A stretch of DNA of 64,000 nt, from IMG/VR virus record IMGVR_UViG_3300045972_000807, positions 96,001-160,000 of that record; one strand, written 5' to 3'. This document shows positions 1-8,482 of this stretch, piece by piece. Positions within the stretch are counted from its first letter, which is position 1; each line of letters starts with the position of its first letter. Origin of the DNA: a virus. Below the pieces are notes generated by a model that saw nothing but the letters and a program-made list of their open reading frames with translations, had not been told where the DNA came from and ran no database searches. Position numbers and translations under genes: made by a program.

Positions 1-779
1 TTGATGATAGCTGCGCTGTTGATGGTGTCCTTGGAGGCAGACACGCCGACGGTAGGTTTCAGGATGTCGTTCTCGCGAACAACCAGCTTGAAAACGTCGC
101 CGTTCATTCCAAACGTAGCAAACAAAGGCGCGTGACCTGTGATTACTGGGGCGCCAGTGAGGTGGTCCACCGGACGCTGGATGGAAATCCAGGAGAACAT
201 GCCGCCGATATTGTCCGAAGCATCTTCCCACACGAACAGCGTAAAGCCGTTAGCGCCAACCGACAGACGGTAGGTCATCGGGTAGTTACCTGCTGCGTTG
301 GTGCCGTTCAGCACAGAGGCTATGATACGCTGCTTGCGCGTAATGAAGCTCATAGCAACGTTGTCTACCGTTGTTGTGGTAACCACGTGACCCAGGCCGT
401 TGATGTGGCCGGAAGGCAGCGGATACTGTGTCGAGCCACCGTCTTGAACGTCCACGGGAGTAACGCCGCCGGTCGATGGCAACTGAAGCGAAGTACCTAC
501 AAAAATGTCTCCAACCTGCGGAGTGCTACCCGACTGCAGAGTTTGGTGGCCTGTGCAATCGAACATGATGTTCCAGGGCTGCTGGGTGTAGGCTGGGTCA
601 ACCGTAGCCGAGGCAGTCAAGGTAACTGCAAACGGGGTGTACGGGGTTGAACCGGAGGGTGCGGGAAGCGGCGAGGTGGGGTACACCAAGGTGAAGCCGT
701 TAGCCAAAAGGTCAGTTACGACTTGGTAAAACAGGCCAGGTACGTCGGTATAGCCAGAGCGTTGAACGGTAAAAGACAT
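1..779 (-). CDS. Virion structural protein (3' end runs off the window; absent from the ORF track)
   Basis: ATG at 779 with GGAG RBS. Frame is open to the window edge: MSFTVQRSGYTDVPGLFYQVVTDLLANGF...YPMTYRLSVGANGFTLFVWED...FSWISIQRPVD...KLVVRENDILKP. Beta-rich, in the tail-fibre operon. Confidence 0.75.
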   Translation of the reverse strand, partial: MSFTVQRSGYTDVPGLFYQVVTDLLANGFTLVYPTSPLPAPSGSTPYTPFAVTLTASATVDPAYTQQPWNIMFDCTGHQTLQSGSTPQVGDIFVGTSLQLPSTGGVTPVDVQDGGSTQYPLPSGHINGLGHVVTTTTVDNVAMSFITRKQRIIASVLNGTNAAGNYPMTYRLSVGANGFTLFVWEDASDNIGGMFSWISIQRPVDHLTGAPVITGHAPLFATFGMNGDVFKLVVRENDILKPTVGVSASKDTINSAAII

Positions 780-835
780 AAAGTATCTCCAATGAAAAGA
801 AAGGTTGGTTGAGGTGAACTATGAAATTAGAGTGG

Positions 836-1564
836 TTACTCTATCGGGAGGAAATCAATGGTAAGCGTAACGTCGATAGGCGTAGTGCCCGTATTTACGA
901 TACGGAAGTACTGGTCAATTACGGGTGGATTGTCCATGTTGGAAAGAATTGTGTAGCGTCTCCCACGAAGAATTGTCCCATCTGACATCAACATCGTGCC
1001 GTCGTCTGACAAGTGATCTGATGTAGCTATAAAGGTGAAGGGGTTGGTATCGTATCGACTTGCCGTCTCAAAGGCCATTACCTGGCAAGCAACATCAACG
1101 GATAGAAGGTGGATGATTACCGTCTTGGACATAGGGATTTGAAAGTCCCTAGGTGCCGAAGGAAGAATCGCAGTTTCTGTGTGCGTTATTGCCTTACGCT
1201 TACCTCCTACCGATCCTTTGAAGTTAAAGATGACCGAGTACGTCCCGGTCTGCTTGAAATACATATCGTAAGCAACGTCGTCGATGTAGTAATCGCCGTC
1301 GCTGCCCAAAGTATCCTGCGGAGGTCCGCTGCCGTTGTACAGCGTTGAGCCCAAGCCTGTTGGGCCAGGTGGACCTGCGGGACCTGTAGGTCCTTGGGGA
1401 CCTAGTCCTCCGCCACCCGAGCCGCCTACACCGTCAGCCCACACTAGCTCACGAGGAGCCAATGGGTTGTTGCTTCTGACTAGGGTTTGCCCAGCTGTGC
1501 CGTCAGTAGCTACGAATGGGCGTAGCGGAAGTTCCGTTTGTACAAAATCGTTAAAGGTAGCCAT
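836..1564 (-). CDS. Collagen-like repeat structural protein (fibre-associated)
   Basis: GPQGPTGPAGPPGPTG repeat followed by a GSDGDYYID module typical of phage fibres. Confidence 0.7.
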   Translation of the reverse strand: MATFNDFVQTELPLRPFVATDGTAGQTLVRSNNPLAPRELVWADGVGGSGGGGLGPQGPTGPAGPPGPTGLGSTLYNGSGPPQDTLGSDGDYYIDDVAYDMYFKQTGTYSVIFNFKGSVGGKRKAITHTETAILPSAPRDFQIPMSKTVIIHLLSVDVACQVMAFETASRYDTNPFTFIATSDHLSDDGTMLMSDGTILRGRRYTILSNMDNPPVIDQYFRIVNTGTTPIDVTLTIDFLPIE

Positions 1565-4017
1565 TATGCGGTCTCCGCCAAAGTAACTTGAAGTGTGCCG
1601 CTGGTATTTGATCCTGCAAAGGCAGAGTCAGACAATGCTACATAGGCGCCTTGGGCATTGTAAGTGCCGTCAGCATTCGCAATGTAGTACCCGTTGCTAT
1701 GTACGGTATTGTCTGAATACCTAGTTAGCACGTTACCTGCCACAATCTGGCAGGAAGTTTTGGTTTGGTCTGTAACCGTTGTACCTATCGCAGCAACCCG
1801 GGAGAACGAAGGGAACGTAATGGTCCGGGAACTAAATCCGCCCACCGTGTACGTGCTACCTGAGCTTATGACCGAGCCGTTTATGAGGGCTTGGTTGGTA
1901 ATAGCTAGGGCGCTAAACAACGCGCTACCTTTAGGCGTAGAGTCGGTTATGTTCAGAGCTCTTGTCCAAACCTTTCCTGAGCCAGCCCATGCCCCAGCCC
2001 ACGCGCCTGCGCTGGCTGTTAACGATGGAGCCGAGGTTAGGTTTTGGGTACTTGTAACAGTGACGGTGTAGCTGATACCAGTGGGGCTGCCAACCATTCG
2101 GCCAGCTGGGCTAGTGGTTATTGCCGCCGCCGGTGCCACGGTAGCTAGGTTAACAAGTCCAGTCTTTACGGCACTCGAACCGTTAGAAGCCTTCTGTGCC
2201 GTAATAGTATAGTTGGTTCCCGAGTCTACGTAGCCTGTTGACGACAGGGTTACCTGTTTAGACACACCGTACACCGAAGGCGTATCAACGGTAAGGCCAA
2301 CAGCCGTGTATGCCACGGAGGTTTGATCGCTAACCGTACAAGATACCGTAGCCGTTTCGCTGGTGTTTAGCGCGCCTTGCCCAACTGGGTAGGAGACTGT
2401 GATCGCCCCAAAAGTAGGAACAGCTTGATCAAGCGTAAGCGGGACTGTGGGGTAGGTGTTGCCGTAAGTACCGAAAGAGTTCTTTGCCTTAAAGGTCAGA
2501 ACCTGAGGTCCCTGGGCGTTCCCTATGGTTACTAAGCAGGTTGCTGTAGTCCCAGTTACTGGGTACGGAACAGAAGCCCCTGCGGCGCCTGTGGCAAGAA
2601 GTTGGACTTCTGTAGCCCCAGCTTCGGTAGTAACCGTAACAGTGATCTGATCTCCGGCCTTGAGAGTCGTCTGAGAATTGGGATACGCACCTAGTAGGGC
2701 ACTAAGGATATTTGGCCCGGCGCCTGCCAGGGTAACGTCTACAGAAGTCCTGGACCCGGTGTTACTCACTACCTCAACGGTAGTTGTGCCTGTGCCTACC
2801 GTAACATCAGCAACGGCTGTAAACCAACGCGTAGTTGCACTCTCCGTTATCGTAGCTTGTGTCATTCCGATAAGCACGGTAGGTGAGTACGAAGCAGCGT
2901 TCCCGTTTATGCCAACAGTAATGCGTACATGGGCGTTGTCCGTTGTGCAACTGCTAACCACCCGGTTAGCCGGCACAGAGGGTGGGTATACCTTGCTACC
3001 AACAATTCCTCCAGCAACAATCGGAGTAACGTCTAGTACGAATAGCCCGTCCATTAGTGCTGCGCCAGTAGGCCCAGCTGGGCCAGTAGCACCGGTTGGG
3101 CCAGTCGGACCCACGACAAAGCTATCTAGTCCTGGTGGGCCAGGTGGGCCAAGTCCGCCTTGGTTAACCTTGATTATGGCAGGTGACGCCACGTAAGCAT
3201 TAAGCGTATCGCCTACTTGGAACAATCCAGTCCAAGGCGCTACGGTCAAGAACTTGTAGCTTATTGCTGGACCTGTGCTGTACGAGTACCGTTCAAGGCC
3301 AGTGAAGGTTACCTTACGAGCTAGACCGGCATTCAAGCCAGAAGTTACCGTAAGGTACATTGTGGTTGGTACAGGTATCTGCGACAGAAACTCGTCAGCA
3401 GAGCCACCCACCTGAACGTAGACGCTAGTGAAGTCAGCAGCATCGGCTGAGAGCTCGGTTAGGAAAAGTCCACCAACCAAGTCCCAATGTACACCAGTGG
3501 ATACGGCTAGAAGGCCTGTCTCCGCAATAATGTAGCTATTGGAGATGCCCGTTGCTTGTGTGTATGTGGTTGCCGTGTTAGCGTTAGGCAAGACGTCCAC
3601 CGAAGGTAGGACGTTGATATTGCCTGCATTAGCAGCAAGTGCAACGGGAGAGAACGGGCCAAGCACGCCTGAGGTTAGAGGCAACACGCACTCTAAGCTA
3701 ACGTTTTTGCCCAGCAACGGAATGGAGGAAACGCCTGAGCCTAGTGCTATCAAAACGCCTGAGAAGAAAAGACCAAGCTCTCCAAAGGCCACAGCATCTG
3801 GAAAATCTACCGAGGAGATCGTAACGTTAAAGACTGGCTGTGATCCAGTCGTGTTGACCATCAAAGCAATTCCGGAAGCAATTATGCTTCCGTGAATAGC
3901 AGTATCAGTGTCTACTGGAGCATACCCAAAAGCACTACCCGCAACAAACGTCAAGCTTTTCGGTATGCCAGTGGTAGTGAACAGGTTTGCGCCGTAGGGC
4001 GTTAGAACGAATTGCAT
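1564..4017 (-). CDS. Tail-fibre-like protein: N-terminal anchor domain, short collagen segment, Ig-like beta domains
   Basis: N-terminus FVLTPYG...GSAFGYAP...IHG...FGELGLF; GPPGPPG and GPTGPTGATGPAG repeats; T/S/V-rich C-terminal domains. Confidence 0.7.
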   Translation of the reverse strand: MQFVLTPYGANLFTTTGIPKSLTFVAGSAFGYAPVDTDTAIHGSIIASGIALMVNTTGSQPVFNVTISSVDFPDAVAFGELGLFFSGVLIALGSGVSSIPLLGKNVSLECVLPLTSGVLGPFSPVALAANAGNINVLPSVDVLPNANTATTYTQATGISNSYIIAETGLLAVSTGVHWDLVGGLFLTELSADAADFTSVYVQVGGSADEFLSQIPVPTTMYLTVTSGLNAGLARKVTFTGLERYSYSTGPAISYKFLTVAPWTGLFQVGDTLNAYVASPAIIKVNQGGLGPPGPPGLDSFVVGPTGPTGATGPAGPTGAALMDGLFVLDVTPIVAGGIVGSKVYPPSVPANRVVSSCTTDNAHVRITVGINGNAASYSPTVLIGMTQATITESATTRWFTAVADVTVGTGTTTVEVVSNTGSRTSVDVTLAGAGPNILSALLGAYPNSQTTLKAGDQITVTVTTEAGATEVQLLATGAAGASVPYPVTGTTATCLVTIGNAQGPQVLTFKAKNSFGTYGNTYPTVPLTLDQAVPTFGAITVSYPVGQGALNTSETATVSCTVSDQTSVAYTAVGLTVDTPSVYGVSKQVTLSSTGYVDSGTNYTITAQKASNGSSAVKTGLVNLATVAPAAAITTSPAGRMVGSPTGISYTVTVTSTQNLTSAPSLTASAGAWAGAWAGSGKVWTRALNITDSTPKGSALFSALAITNQALINGSVISSGSTYTVGGFSSRTITFPSFSRVAAIGTTVTDQTKTSCQIVAGNVLTRYSDNTVHSNGYYIANADGTYNAQGAYVALSDSAFAGSNTSGTLQVTLAETA

Positions 4018-4027
4018 GTGTTAGTCC

Positions 4028-4351
4028 TCAGGGGCTTGTAGGCCAGACAACGCTTTCCGGAAACGTCTTTTGGGCTGTAATGTCTCGCAATGCTTGCCGG
4101 TACGCCTTCCATTTGTCTTTGGTTGCTGCGGGAACATCCGGAAGTTGTGTCCAGTCAGACTGAGAAAGAAGAGAGTCCCTGACAAACTTTGTCTGGCTTA
4201 TCTTAACTTCCACAGGAGTGTAGGCAGCTATGTGAGCAGACACATCCTTTTCGTCAATGGGAACCAGGCTATCCGCAATGAGCTGGTCTTGAGAACCATC
4301 TTCCTCATAGGCATAGACACTGTTGGTTTTTGGATCGATAAAGTGTTTCAT
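4028..4351 (-). CDS. Tail fibre assembly chaperone (Tfa-like)
   Basis: RDSLLSQSDWTQLPD...WKAYRQALRDI...FP..V.WP.SP signature; directly downstream of a fibre gene. Confidence 0.9.
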   Translation of the reverse strand: MKHFIDPKTNSVYAYEEDGSQDQLIADSLVPIDEKDVSAHIAAYTPVEVKISQTKFVRDSLLSQSDWTQLPDVPAATKDKWKAYRQALRDITAQKTFPESVVWPTSP

Positions 4352-4356
4352 AATTC

Positions 4357-6093
4357 TTACCTAAGCTCCCACCATGAACTCAAACCCATAACCGCGTTAT
4401 TCCAGGACGTTGCGCCGTACACCTGGTAGACCGCTCCGTTTGGTATGATGTGCGTTACGTTAGCTGCTACTGAGCCAGACGCTATCGCCCCTGCACCTTG
4501 TGCGCCGATGTTTACCCCGTTTATGTAAACGTAGAGGAATGACCCGTTAGGCGCGTTGGTTCCCGTAACGCTAAGCTGAATAGCATTACCTGAAGAGTTG
4601 GTATAGTTAACGTTAAGCGACCGCTGCCCAGCCATGTTATACCAAGCTTGGCCTGCTATGCCCACGCCTGACACACCGTTAGAACCACCGGGTCCCTGAG
4701 GTCCTTGGGGGCCCTGAGGTCCCTGTGCGCCTTGAGGGCCGGTCGGGCCAGCTACGGTACTTGCGGGACCCACTGGTCCTTGGATACCCTGAGGTCCCGG
4801 AGGTCCGCCTGGACCTACAATACCAATGTTTGGCCCGGGAGGCCCAGGTACCGTTGAAGCTGGACCTCTAGGTCCCGCAGGACCTGTGGGTCCCGTTGGG
4901 CCAGTAACTGTTTGAATAGTTCCGCCGGCTTGCGATCCTCCAGCCCCCTGAAGCATCCAAGCCATTAACAGGTTAACCGAAGCCTGAACGCTCTCAATGT
5001 CAGCCGCTACCGTAGCTAGTTCGTTAAGCGTTGCGTTAGCAGTCAAGTTAGCAGAACCTGTAGACTGAGCAACAAAAGCGTCAGTAGCCAAATCTTGAGG
5101 CTGTGTAGGATCACCAACGTTGACGCCCTTGAATGTAGCGAAGTTCAGGTTTGATGCCAACGGAACGCTACCGTCGGACAGCAAAACCTTTGTTGGGTCT
5201 ACAACTGCTATGGCGTTTAGCTGTTCCGGAGTTACCGTGATGCGGTTAACAAACGAAGCAGCCCCACTGCTTAATGAGCTGTACTCCAGCAGTTTGTAGC
5301 TCGTGCCAGCGGGAGCCAAAGTCAACTGGTAGTTAGACAGGGTAACGTAAATGCTGTTACCTGCAGGAGACGGCGTAACGCTGGTGCAAATCGCAATGTA
5401 GTTGGCTGTCTGGAACAGATACTGCCCAGTCGTGAAGGCGCCTCCGGTCTGTGGCAGCACGGGAAGTTCTAGCTGAGAACCCAGGACTTGTGTTACCGAA
5501 CCGAGCGACACCTGAGCATAGTCTTCAATGCTCCAGCTTGTGAAGTCGCCCACGACGTTAGGGTTGGCGTAAGACACAGCCGCAATCAAGCTACCTGTTG
5601 GGTTGGTTGGGTCACCCACTACAGCCAAGATGTTGGGCACGCCTGCCGCAGGAGGAAGGAGGCTAAGGGCGCTGTAGTATGGGGTTGCGGGCATCGACTG
5701 AAGGCTTGTGGTGCTACCAAAGCCAGCCGAGTGACTACCTCGCATATCGAAGTATATCAAGCACTCAATGTCCTCACCGATGGAACGACCCACGGGAGAA
5801 TCAAGGACACCCACTGCGTAAATTATTCCGCCGCTTGCGTCCGTAAAGAGTAGCTCCCCGAAGGTGAACGCTAGGTTCACCGACGTAGGTATGCTAAAGG
5901 AGTATTGGATAACGCCAGGCATTGCGTAGACGGGCGCAACCATAGTCGGAGAAGTCCACAGAGTTTGTCCGTGCATCCCCGTCTGAGTTCCACTTGGAAC
6001 GTAACCGAAACCTGAACCAAAGGCTACCTTCATTGCAGGTGTTGCCGTTACAGGAAAGTCCGTGGTTGAGGTGGCTAATGTTATGTTTGCCAT
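4357..6093 (-). CDS. Tail fibre protein with collagen-like shaft
   Basis: Long Gly-X-Y run. C-terminal GQAWYNMAGQRSLNVNYTNSSG...IIPNGAVYQV tip domain. Followed by a Tfa chaperone. Confidence 0.85.
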   Translation of the reverse strand: MANITLATSTTDFPVTATPAMKVAFGSGFGYVPSGTQTGMHGQTLWTSPTMVAPVYAMPGVIQYSFSIPTSVNLAFTFGELLFTDASGGIIYAVGVLDSPVGRSIGEDIECLIYFDMRGSHSAGFGSTTSLQSMPATPYYSALSLLPPAAGVPNILAVVGDPTNPTGSLIAAVSYANPNVVGDFTSWSIEDYAQVSLGSVTQVLGSQLELPVLPQTGGAFTTGQYLFQTANYIAICTSVTPSPAGNSIYVTLSNYQLTLAPAGTSYKLLEYSSLSSGAASFVNRITVTPEQLNAIAVVDPTKVLLSDGSVPLASNLNFATFKGVNVGDPTQPQDLATDAFVAQSTGSANLTANATLNELATVAADIESVQASVNLLMAWMLQGAGGSQAGGTIQTVTGPTGPTGPAGPRGPASTVPGPPGPNIGIVGPGGPPGPQGIQGPVGPASTVAGPTGPQGAQGPQGPQGPQGPGGSNGVSGVGIAGQAWYNMAGQRSLNVNYTNSSGNAIQLSVTGTNAPNGSFLYVYINGVNIGAQGAGAIASGSVAANVTHIIPNGAVYQVYGATSWNNAVMGLSSWWELR

Positions 6094-6186
6094 GCTTTGT
6101 GCTTCCTTCTATGTGCTTAAAATTGTACAGAATACTTTTAATACCACATTGTTTAACCCACCCGAATACTAACAGGAGGATACGAT

Positions 6187-6681
6187 ATGACTAAAGAAAT
6201 ACATGTTCCTGAGATGACCGATCCACATGAGCCCAAGATTCGTACGCTAAAAGACGGAACCCACAAATACTACGCCGGTGGCTTCTTGCACCGTGATCCC
6301 TACGAAGGCCCTGCGATAGAGAAGCCCGGGTACGGTGAGATCAGCGACTGCTATGTGCGGGGCATAATGGTAGATCAGAAATGGTACAAGAACAAACTCT
6401 ACCAGAACCTGGACGAAGTTCTGAAGGCGCAAAAAGAAGAAGAGGGCACCAAGCCTATCTTGAACGGTCACGGCGCGGCGCACAGCAACAAACCCAGCTT
6501 GGGGGTCAAGCCAGATCGCCCCAAGGTTAACTACATGCCCGACCCAGTGCAGCTTGCCAAGCCCAAGAAGCGCGACAGGTTCGATCAGTTAGCCGGTCGG
6601 GTTAGGAGTGACTCCATGCAGGACCTCCAGAAACTCTACGCCGAGCTAGCGGCACAAAATAGCGAACACCAACATGGCTAA
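6187..6681 (+). CDS. Hypothetical protein
   Basis: Strong AGGAGG RBS; one LHR.D..GPAIE-type motif near the N-terminus. Confidence 0.7.
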   Translation: MTKEIHVPEMTDPHEPKIRTLKDGTHKYYAGGFLHRDPYEGPAIEKPGYGEISDCYVRGIMVDQKWYKNKLYQNLDEVLKAQKEEEGTKPILNGHGAAHSNKPSLGVKPDRPKVNYMPDPVQLAKPKKRDRFDQLAGRVRSDSMQDLQKLYAELAAQNSEHQHG

Positions 6682-7504
6682 AGAAGAAATCTTGGTTATT
6701 GTGGACGGCACTTGGCACATCCATAGGGCCTTCCACATACGTCCCAGTTCTATCCAGTACATGGTCTTAGGCTGGGTGTGCCAGTACATCGTAGAAACAA
6801 AAGCCACGCACGTGCTTGTGGCGTTTGACTCAGGTCGGTCTTTCCGGCACGACATCCTAGACACCTATAAGGGTAACAGGCCGGTTAAGCAGCCCGGGGA
6901 AGTAGGTCCCTCTGATTATCTTTTGCCTGTATCAAGGTACTTGGAAAGCCTGGGATTTTACTGCGAGTTCGGAGAGTGCTTTGAGGCAGACGATTTGCTA
7001 CACACGGGCTCGGTTCAATGGCAACACCACACCAGGGGTAAGAGCAAGGTCATACTGGCTACGCCAGATAAAGACAACCACCAAGGTTTAAGCAAGGTTT
7101 GCCACATCCTGAAACCTGGAAGCAAAGCCAAAGGCGGTAACGTCCTGTTCACGGCGGCTGACCTGCTACGCACAACTGGGTTTACGCCTCAACAGTATCT
7201 GGATTACCAAACTCTAATTGGGGATGGCACTGACAACATTCCTAAGATCATGACCCCTGCGGTAGCAAAGGGAATTATCTTACGGTACAAGACTCTTAAG
7301 GCGTACCTGGAGAAGAATCGCATCTGGGCCAACGAAAACGCTAGGGAGTTAAACCGTAATAGGCGCCTAGTCAAGCTCTTGGATAACTGCTTCGAGTTGC
7401 AGCCCAATCTCTACAGCGTAGACCGGATAAAGAAAAACCGCCAAAACATCAAGAGTGCTTATTACAAGCAACTCTCTATTAAGGCGCCCAGGAGCCTGTT
7501 CTAA
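6674..7504 (+). CDS. 5'-3' exonuclease / flap endonuclease (PolI 5'-nuclease, T5 D15, T4 RNase H family)
   Basis: IVDG, VAFDSGRSFRH...YKGNR, EADD, TPDKD and LIGDGTDNIP motifs. Confidence 0.93.
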   Translation: MAKEEILVIVDGTWHIHRAFHIRPSSIQYMVLGWVCQYIVETKATHVLVAFDSGRSFRHDILDTYKGNRPVKQPGEVGPSDYLLPVSRYLESLGFYCEFGECFEADDLLHTGSVQWQHHTRGKSKVILATPDKDNHQGLSKVCHILKPGSKAKGGNVLFTAADLLRTTGFTPQQYLDYQTLIGDGTDNIPKIMTPAVAKGIILRYKTLKAYLEKNRIWANENARELNRNRRLVKLLDNCFELQPNLYSVDRIKKNRQNIKSAYYKQLSIKAPRSLF

Positions 7505-7506
7505 TT

Positions 7507-8049
7507 ATGTCACCAACTTCAGATGAACCAACCGACAACATAAAGCTCAGAAGAGAGCTAAACGATAAGCTACTGCTAAAGTGCTTCCCTTCTAAAGGCT
7601 TTGTGCAGTTCGAGGAAGTAAGAGGTAAGGTAGACTTTTTGAGTGAAAGGCACCTGCGCCTACGCCTGTACGAGTGCGCAGATAAAGGCTACCTTGTGCA
7701 GATAGCTAAGCGTGGCTTAGACAAAGAACACCCTTTGAAGAAGTTAAATGGCCTTTACCTTTACGAGATAACAGCACTTGGATTGGCCTACAGAGAAACA
7801 CAGACTGAGAAGCAGGTAAAACGTCGTAAGCTCAAGACCTCAAAAGTCTACAACCCTGAGACAGACGAGACGGACGACCCTTCTAAGCGAGGAACCTTCA
7901 TTGAGGAACTTAGCCCAGGAGTTAAACGGGTTACCAATATGTATATGATGGAATCCAAGACAAGAGTTCCTCGGGTTGACGCGCACGATGTCCGTGATCT
8001 TGTAAACAGCGTATTCGCCCTAGGCGAGGTAAAACACAGGAAAGCATGA
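7507..8049 (+). CDS. Putative winged-helix DNA-binding protein
   Basis: LRLRLYECADKGYLVQ...LYLYEITALGLAY matches the wHTH recognition helix plus wing pattern; basic. Confidence 0.55.
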   Translation: MSPTSDEPTDNIKLRRELNDKLLLKCFPSKGFVQFEEVRGKVDFLSERHLRLRLYECADKGYLVQIAKRGLDKEHPLKKLNGLYLYEITALGLAYRETQTEKQVKRRKLKTSKVYNPETDETDDPSKRGTFIEELSPGVKRVTNMYMMESKTRVPRVDAHDVRDLVNSVFALGEVKHRKA

Positions 8050-8072
8050 GGGAAAGACACTTGGTTGGACTA

Positions 8073-8097
8073 CCTACGCTAGGTATGCTAGCGTAGG
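8073..8097. promoter_or_regulatory. Perfect inverted repeat (hairpin A of origin-like region)
   Basis: CCTACGCTAG-gtatg-CTAGCGTAGG, 10-bp perfect stem. Confidence 0.85.
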
Positions 8098-8148
8098 CTA
8101 GAACAGGGGTAGATTGCGTTTCCTGATAACTAACCCACACGGGATAAA

Positions 8149-8178
8149 AACCCCTTAGAATAGACGTTCTAAGGGGTT
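8149..8178. promoter_or_regulatory. Perfect inverted repeat (hairpin B; terminator or origin hairpin)
   Basis: AACCCCTTAGAA-tagacg-TTCTAAGGGGTT, 12-bp perfect stem. Confidence 0.85.
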
Positions 8179-8208
8179 CTGTGCTTGTGGTTGGAAGTCA
8201 GGGCTATT

Positions 8209-8284
8209 AACATATAGCAAGTAAGCAAACATATAGCAAGTAAGCAAACATATAGCAAGTAAGCAAACATATAGCAAGTAAGCA
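8209..8284. repeat. Four perfect tandem 19-bp repeats (iteron-like)
   Basis: AACATATAGCAAGTAAGCA x4 at 8209, 8228, 8247 and 8266, with no spacers. Confidence 0.97.
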
Positions 8285-8383
8285 GTAGTGTGTACGTTAA
8301 CTGTGGCAATAGTCTGTAGTAGCAATGGCATAGTGTGTACGTGTGCTACGCCAGGTAGCGTTTCTACTGTGTTTACCCACCCG

Positions 8384-8438
8384 TGTTATGAATAACAGAA
8401 AAAAGTCCTACTATTCATAACATCTACTATTCATAACA
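8384..8438. repeat. Second repeat set: TATTCATAACA core in one inverted and two direct copies
   Basis: TGTTATGAATA at 8384-8394 (inside palindrome TGTTAT-ga-ATAACA); CTACTATTCATAACA at 8408-8422 and 8424-8438. Confidence 0.9.
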
Positions 8439-8482
8439 ATTTGAATCCGCAATGTTTTAATGAGAACTAGAAAGGGATTACG

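Noticed and set aside
4690-4905. GC-rich nucleotide repeats in fibre genes as DNA repeat elements
   Set aside because: Fully explained by Gly-Pro-X collagen coding; the same applies to polyglycine runs at 27100-27720 and 29160-29630
8209-8284. 19-bp repeats as a CRISPR mini-array
   Set aside because: The repeats are head-to-tail with no spacers, are too short, and no cas genes are present
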